This document shows positions 26,634 to 29,968 of a stretch of DNA of 29,968 nt, one piece after another. Position 1 is the stretch's first letter. The number at the start of each line of letters is the position of its first letter. The position numbers were made by a program, and so were the translations under genes. The notes under the pieces were generated by a model. The model ran no database searches, had not been told where the DNA came from, and saw nothing but the letters and a program-made list of their open reading frames with translations. The stretch comes from Aureispira sp. Lineage in GTDB: Bacteria > Bacteroidota > Bacteroidia > Chitinophagales > Saprospiraceae. The stretch spans positions 1 through 29,968 of the forward strand of contig JAAEPD010000521.1 in NCBI GenBank assembly GCA_024222455.1. The letters are read 5' to 3'.

Positions 26634-27214
26634 ACAATTGATTGCATTTTTTCCTTCATCTGCTTTGCAAAATAGAAATATAGGAGCAAATATAAAGGCA
26701 TGCCCAAAACCAAGTAAATCACAGCACCTTCTGGACCATAATTTTGGTTAATAGCTTTGTAAAATTGGTTCTGGGTTAAAAAGGATTGCAACAAAAGATA
26801 TAGAAAGCCTACAAAAAGGCCAATATTTAGAATCATTAGCACAGTTCCTAATGCACCAGTAGGCTGTATAAGTAACCCTCCTATATATACAATCCAAGAT
26901 AAAATATAAACCATCAAGGTCAGTTTAGAATAGGACCTGAAGTTTTCATAAATTGCCTCTGCTCTAGTATAGGAATGATTCTCAAGATTTCCTGTCAATT
27001 TCAGATGCTCCTCATCCAGACCTCTTTCTTTTAGGATTGAGATAGCTGCATCTCTCCATTCCAAAGCATAACCATATTGTCGATAGTTTTTGACAACATC
27101 CATTAGTTTTTCGGTATCCAAATTCTGCAATCGTTCTATTGGCTCATCCATTTTAGCTTCTAGTTTTGGGTATAATATACAAAGTACTACTTTGGGTGTA
27201 TAAATAAAAGCCAC
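26630..27214 (-). CDS. hypothetical polytopic membrane protein, 194 aa
   Basis: Three or four hydrophobic helices (LTLMVYILSWIVYIGGLLI, TVLMILNIGLFVGFLYLLL, VIYLVLGMPLYLLLYFYF). Its stop codon overlaps the stop codon of the convergent NTPase gene (tTAa). Confidence 0.55.
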   Translation of the reverse strand: MAFIYTPKVVLCILYPKLEAKMDEPIERLQNLDTEKLMDVVKNYRQYGYALEWRDAAISILKERGLDEEHLKLTGNLENHSYTRAEAIYENFRSYSKLTLMVYILSWIVYIGGLLIQPTGALGTVLMILNIGLFVGFLYLLLQSFLTQNQFYKAINQNYGPEGAVIYLVLGMPLYLLLYFYFAKQMKEKMQSIV

Positions 27215-27485
27215 TTTGCAATCATTTAGCCCTTTTTGTAATCACTCCTTACCATAAAAGATTATTGATCATAATAGTTTACAATAAAAAACAGAACTTT
27301 TTCAGCCTAGATAGTTAGATTCTAGATCTAGCTTCACAAAGAGATTACAGCCTCTGTTCCCTATTTGTACCCCTCCTGAAATTTATTTTAGAAGCTTATA
27401 TGAATACTTTTACATAAGCGAACAGCAGCACATTATTACTGAACATTAATTTCCTAACAATTTCATCAGATCTAAAACATTTTAT

Positions 27486-29705
27486 ATGAAAAATTACTTT
27501 TTTATTTTATGGTTTATTGCTAGTGGCAACATCCTATTGGGGCAAAATAATGCCTTAACTTTTGATGGTGTAGACGATTATGTAGAAATGGCTAACAACA
27601 CTATTGTTGGTTCTACAACAATGACAATAGAAGCTTGGGTTAATTCAAGCGCTATTGGCTCTGATGGAATATTTTCGATAGAAGGAGTAGTCAATTGTAT
27701 AGTCTCAAATAATGGAAATGTTCGATTCTTTTTTGATGGAAGCTCAAGCGGTTCTACAAATTTTGCTGCAGGCATAAACGATGGTGCTTGGCACCATGTA
27801 GCAGCAACTAATGATAATGGGACAACTAGAGTCTATGTTGATGGTGATTTATTAGGCACCCAATCCGAATTGGTAGATACTGCAACAATCAATTCGTTGA
27901 ATAGACCTGTTACGATTGGAGCTTTAAGTCCTGGTTCTGGACCAGGTAGCTTTTTTCAAGGAATGATTGATGAGGTTAGAGTATGGAATGTTGCTCGTAC
28001 AGAAACAGAAATTCAAAACAACATCTGTCAACTCTCAAATCCAGCTTCTGAACCCAATTTGGTGGCTTATTATGATTTTAATCAATCTACAGGAATGCTT
28101 TTATCTGATTTAGGACCATCTAGTTTTAATGGTGCGTTGATGAATATGATAGGAACAGAATGGTCTGCAAGTTCTTGTCCTTTAGCTAACATAGCATCTA
28201 TCTACCCAAAAGTTTCTTCTAAACTGACAGATGCATACCCTATAGAGATGCCTAACCTAAATGCTTATCCATTGTATGCACATGCTGAAGTAAAACCAGC
28301 ATGGGCTGTAAACTTGACTAATGTTGAGTTTTTGGTGAATGGAACTACACCAATCCCTACTACCCAAGAAGATGGCTATTATATGGCTTGGTGGACACCC
28401 ACATCTACAGGCAGCCATGACATCCATGTGAAAGCTACTGCTAGCAATGGAAATTCTACCACAGATACAATAACCGTAAATGTTGTCGATACTGCATCGA
28501 ATAGAAATGTACAAACATTTGATGGTGATTTAATTGATTTTGGTAGCGCTTCTAGATGGTTTTATGGCACTTACACCTTGCCTCAATCTATAGGCGCCTA
28601 TGATCAGATCATTGCTAATTTTTCAGTTACCTGCCCTTCTATTTCTGGAGGTTGCGATGACTGGGATCGATTAGCTTATGTAGAATACAAAGCACCAGAT
28701 GGTTCTTGGATGGAGTTATTCCGCTATATTACACCTTATGGAGTTGCTTGCAATCATAGTATAGATGTTACGGATTATGCATCTTTGCTGCATGGCAATA
28801 TCGAACTAAGAATGTTTATTGACACTTGGGGGTCTGGTGGCTGGGATATTCACTTAGATTTTGACTACATTGCAGGCACCCCCACTTATCTGTATTCCAG
28901 CATACAAGAAGTATGGCATGGTAGTTATAATTTCGGAAATCCAGCTGATTTACAGCCTTGTGATACTGTTTCTATAGATTTTCCAGCCAACTCTCAAAAA
29001 GCAACTTTTAGAGTTACGACTACGGGGCATGGTTGGGGAAGCAACAACACCTCAAATGCAGCTGAATTTTATAACGCTACACATCAGTTTCACATTAATT
29101 CTGCGCACATTTTTACGCAAAATCTGTGGAACACCTGCAACCCTAATCCAGATAACTGTACCAACCAAAATGGCACATGGTACCATAATAGAGCAGGTTG
29201 GTGTCCAGGCGCTATTGCACCTCCCAATACTTATGATTTAACACCCTATATTGGCTCAAGTCCATTTGATTTTGCATATGTATTCCAACAATCGTATCAA
29301 GATCTTTGTCACCCTAATAATCCATCTTGCGTTAGTGGAACAACTTGCTCTGATTGTAATGCTGGATATAATCCATTTTATAGAATTGGAGGTTATATGA
29401 TTAGCTTTAGCAATGCTCCTGTCATCACTAGCACTTTTGGATTAGAAGAACAAGAAGAATTTGACTTAATAGTCTACCCTAATCCTAATAATGGTATTTT
29501 CAATATGAATTTAGCTAACCCAACAACAGAAACTGTTGTAACGGTTAATGACATATCAGGAAAAACTCTAAAAACATATTACTTTGGCAATAATGAGGAG
29601 TTGAATAATTATCAATTTGATCTCTCCAACTTAAGCTCAGGAGTATATTTCATTAAGATTAATACAGAAAAACAAGAAACGGTTAGAAAATTAGTATTGC
29701 ATTAG
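27486..29705 (+). CDS. secreted multidomain protein: LamG/concanavalin-A-like lectin domain, then a PNGase F-like (peptide-N4-(N-acetyl-beta-glucosaminyl)asparagine amidase F) two-domain core, then a T9SS type A C-terminal sorting domain
   Basis: Signal peptide. The LamG_3-like block is LTFDGVDDYVEM...WHHVAAT...RVYVDG...IDEVRVWN. The core is colinear with recalled Elizabethkingia PNGase F: CDDWDRLAYVEYK matches CDEWDRYANVYVK; SIDVTDYASLLHGNIELRMFIDTW matches EIDVTDFKSLLSGNTELKIYTETW; DFDYIAGTPTYLYS matches DFDIVYGTPDYKYS; RAGWCPGAIAPP matches RAGWCPGMAVPT; FYRIGGYMISFSN matches FYAISSFVIAKSN. The C-terminus FDLIVYPNPNNGIFNMNL...VYFIKINTEKQETVRKLVLH is a T9SS CTD. Confidence 0.85.
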   Translation: MKNYFFILWFIASGNILLGQNNALTFDGVDDYVEMANNTIVGSTTMTIEAWVNSSAIGSDGIFSIEGVVNCIVSNNGNVRFFFDGSSSGSTNFAAGINDGAWHHVAATNDNGTTRVYVDGDLLGTQSELVDTATINSLNRPVTIGALSPGSGPGSFFQGMIDEVRVWNVARTETEIQNNICQLSNPASEPNLVAYYDFNQSTGMLLSDLGPSSFNGALMNMIGTEWSASSCPLANIASIYPKVSSKLTDAYPIEMPNLNAYPLYAHAEVKPAWAVNLTNVEFLVNGTTPIPTTQEDGYYMAWWTPTSTGSHDIHVKATASNGNSTTDTITVNVVDTASNRNVQTFDGDLIDFGSASRWFYGTYTLPQSIGAYDQIIANFSVTCPSISGGCDDWDRLAYVEYKAPDGSWMELFRYITPYGVACNHSIDVTDYASLLHGNIELRMFIDTWGSGGWDIHLDFDYIAGTPTYLYSSIQEVWHGSYNFGNPADLQPCDTVSIDFPANSQKATFRVTTTGHGWGSNNTSNAAEFYNATHQFHINSAHIFTQNLWNTCNPNPDNCTNQNGTWYHNRAGWCPGAIAPPNTYDLTPYIGSSPFDFAYVFQQSYQDLCHPNNPSCVSGTTCSDCNAGYNPFYRIGGYMISFSNAPVITSTFGLEEQEEFDLIVYPNPNNGIFNMNLANPTTETVVTVNDISGKTLKTYYFGNNEELNNYQFDLSNLSSGVYFIKINTEKQETVRKLVLH

Positions 29706-29732
29706 TAGGATAGGTTTTCGAGATATAGTCTA

Positions 29733-29770
29733 GGGGAATGCTGTTTGAGAGCATTTCCCCTTTTTATTTT
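29733..29770 (+). terminator. rho-independent terminator of the PNGase F-like gene
   Basis: ggggaatgct / agcatttcccc form a 10-bp stem with one bulged T and loop gtttgag, followed by TTTTTATTTT. Confidence 0.8.
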
Positions 29771-29968
29771 AAATAGAGAGGGATATCTATTTTTTTTAGG
29801 CCTTCTATTGGCTTATCCATCTTTGATATGTAATTTTGCATTATACAACCATATAGAAGTGATTTAAAAACTAAAAGTTAATGTGAGATATTTTTTAAGA
29901 AAAATCATAGCAAAAACTAAGTAGTGGGCTTGAATCCAGTTTTGAGCAGAAGTCTCAAATCGAATTAG

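Noticed and set aside
29925-29968. tRNA-like T-loop resemblance (ggcttgaatcc) and a 5-bp hairpin at the window edge
   Set aside because: No acceptor, D or anticodon stems could be built on either strand, so it is not a tRNA. The window ends before anything more could be judged.
1-29968. Search for CRISPR arrays, transposases or integrases, rRNA/tRNA, and vault partners (TEP1 TROVE/WD40, vPARP)
   Set aside because: No regularly spaced direct repeats and no ORFs with transposase, integrase or PARP/TROVE signatures were seen. The STAND NTPase present is not TEP1-like, lacking TROVE and WD40.

Overview
This is an AT-rich window of roughly 38–40% GC by eye, with no rRNA, tRNA, CRISPR, transposase or integrase detected. 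It looks like Bacteroidota chromosome, probably Cytophagia/Saprospiria-like, for three reasons: there are three Por/type IX secretion (T9SS) C-terminal sorting domains (type A and type B), there is a PorP/SprF gene, and no Shine-Dalgarno sequences are evident.

Housekeeping genes are an orphan LytTR response regulator, a clostridial-type phosphatidylserine decarboxylase (psd) that appears frameshifted near its 5' end, a zinc-ribbon protein with a PAP2 phosphatase, RtcB RNA ligase, a small ABM-like protein and a CspA cold-shock gene.

The accessory content is more unusual:
- A full-length homolog of the eukaryotic major vault protein (MVP), 835 aa (8874-11381), with the N-terminal vault repeats, a shoulder-like domain and a C-terminal cap-helix coiled coil all recognisable.
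- A translationally coupled two-gene module (23359-26633) encoding a SIR2-like/CHAT-protease fusion and a STAND-class P-loop NTPase with a C-terminal transmembrane helix and coiled coil. It is preceded by a perfect 26-bp palindrome 14 nt upstream of the start codon. This is the best candidate in the window for an undescribed NTP-dependent conflict or defense system.
- A 1053-aa TPR-CHAT caspase-like protein anchored in the membrane at both ends.
- A 1898-aa repeat adhesin with a gliding-type (type B) C-terminal domain, paired with PorP/SprF.
- An LRR protein with a T9SS C-terminal domain.
- A T9SS-exported protein fusing a LamG-like lectin domain to a PNGase F-like glycoamidase domain.

Several rho-independent terminators are visible. 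A 14-bp inverted repeat with reiterated TTAGTTT motifs lies upstream of the MVP gene.
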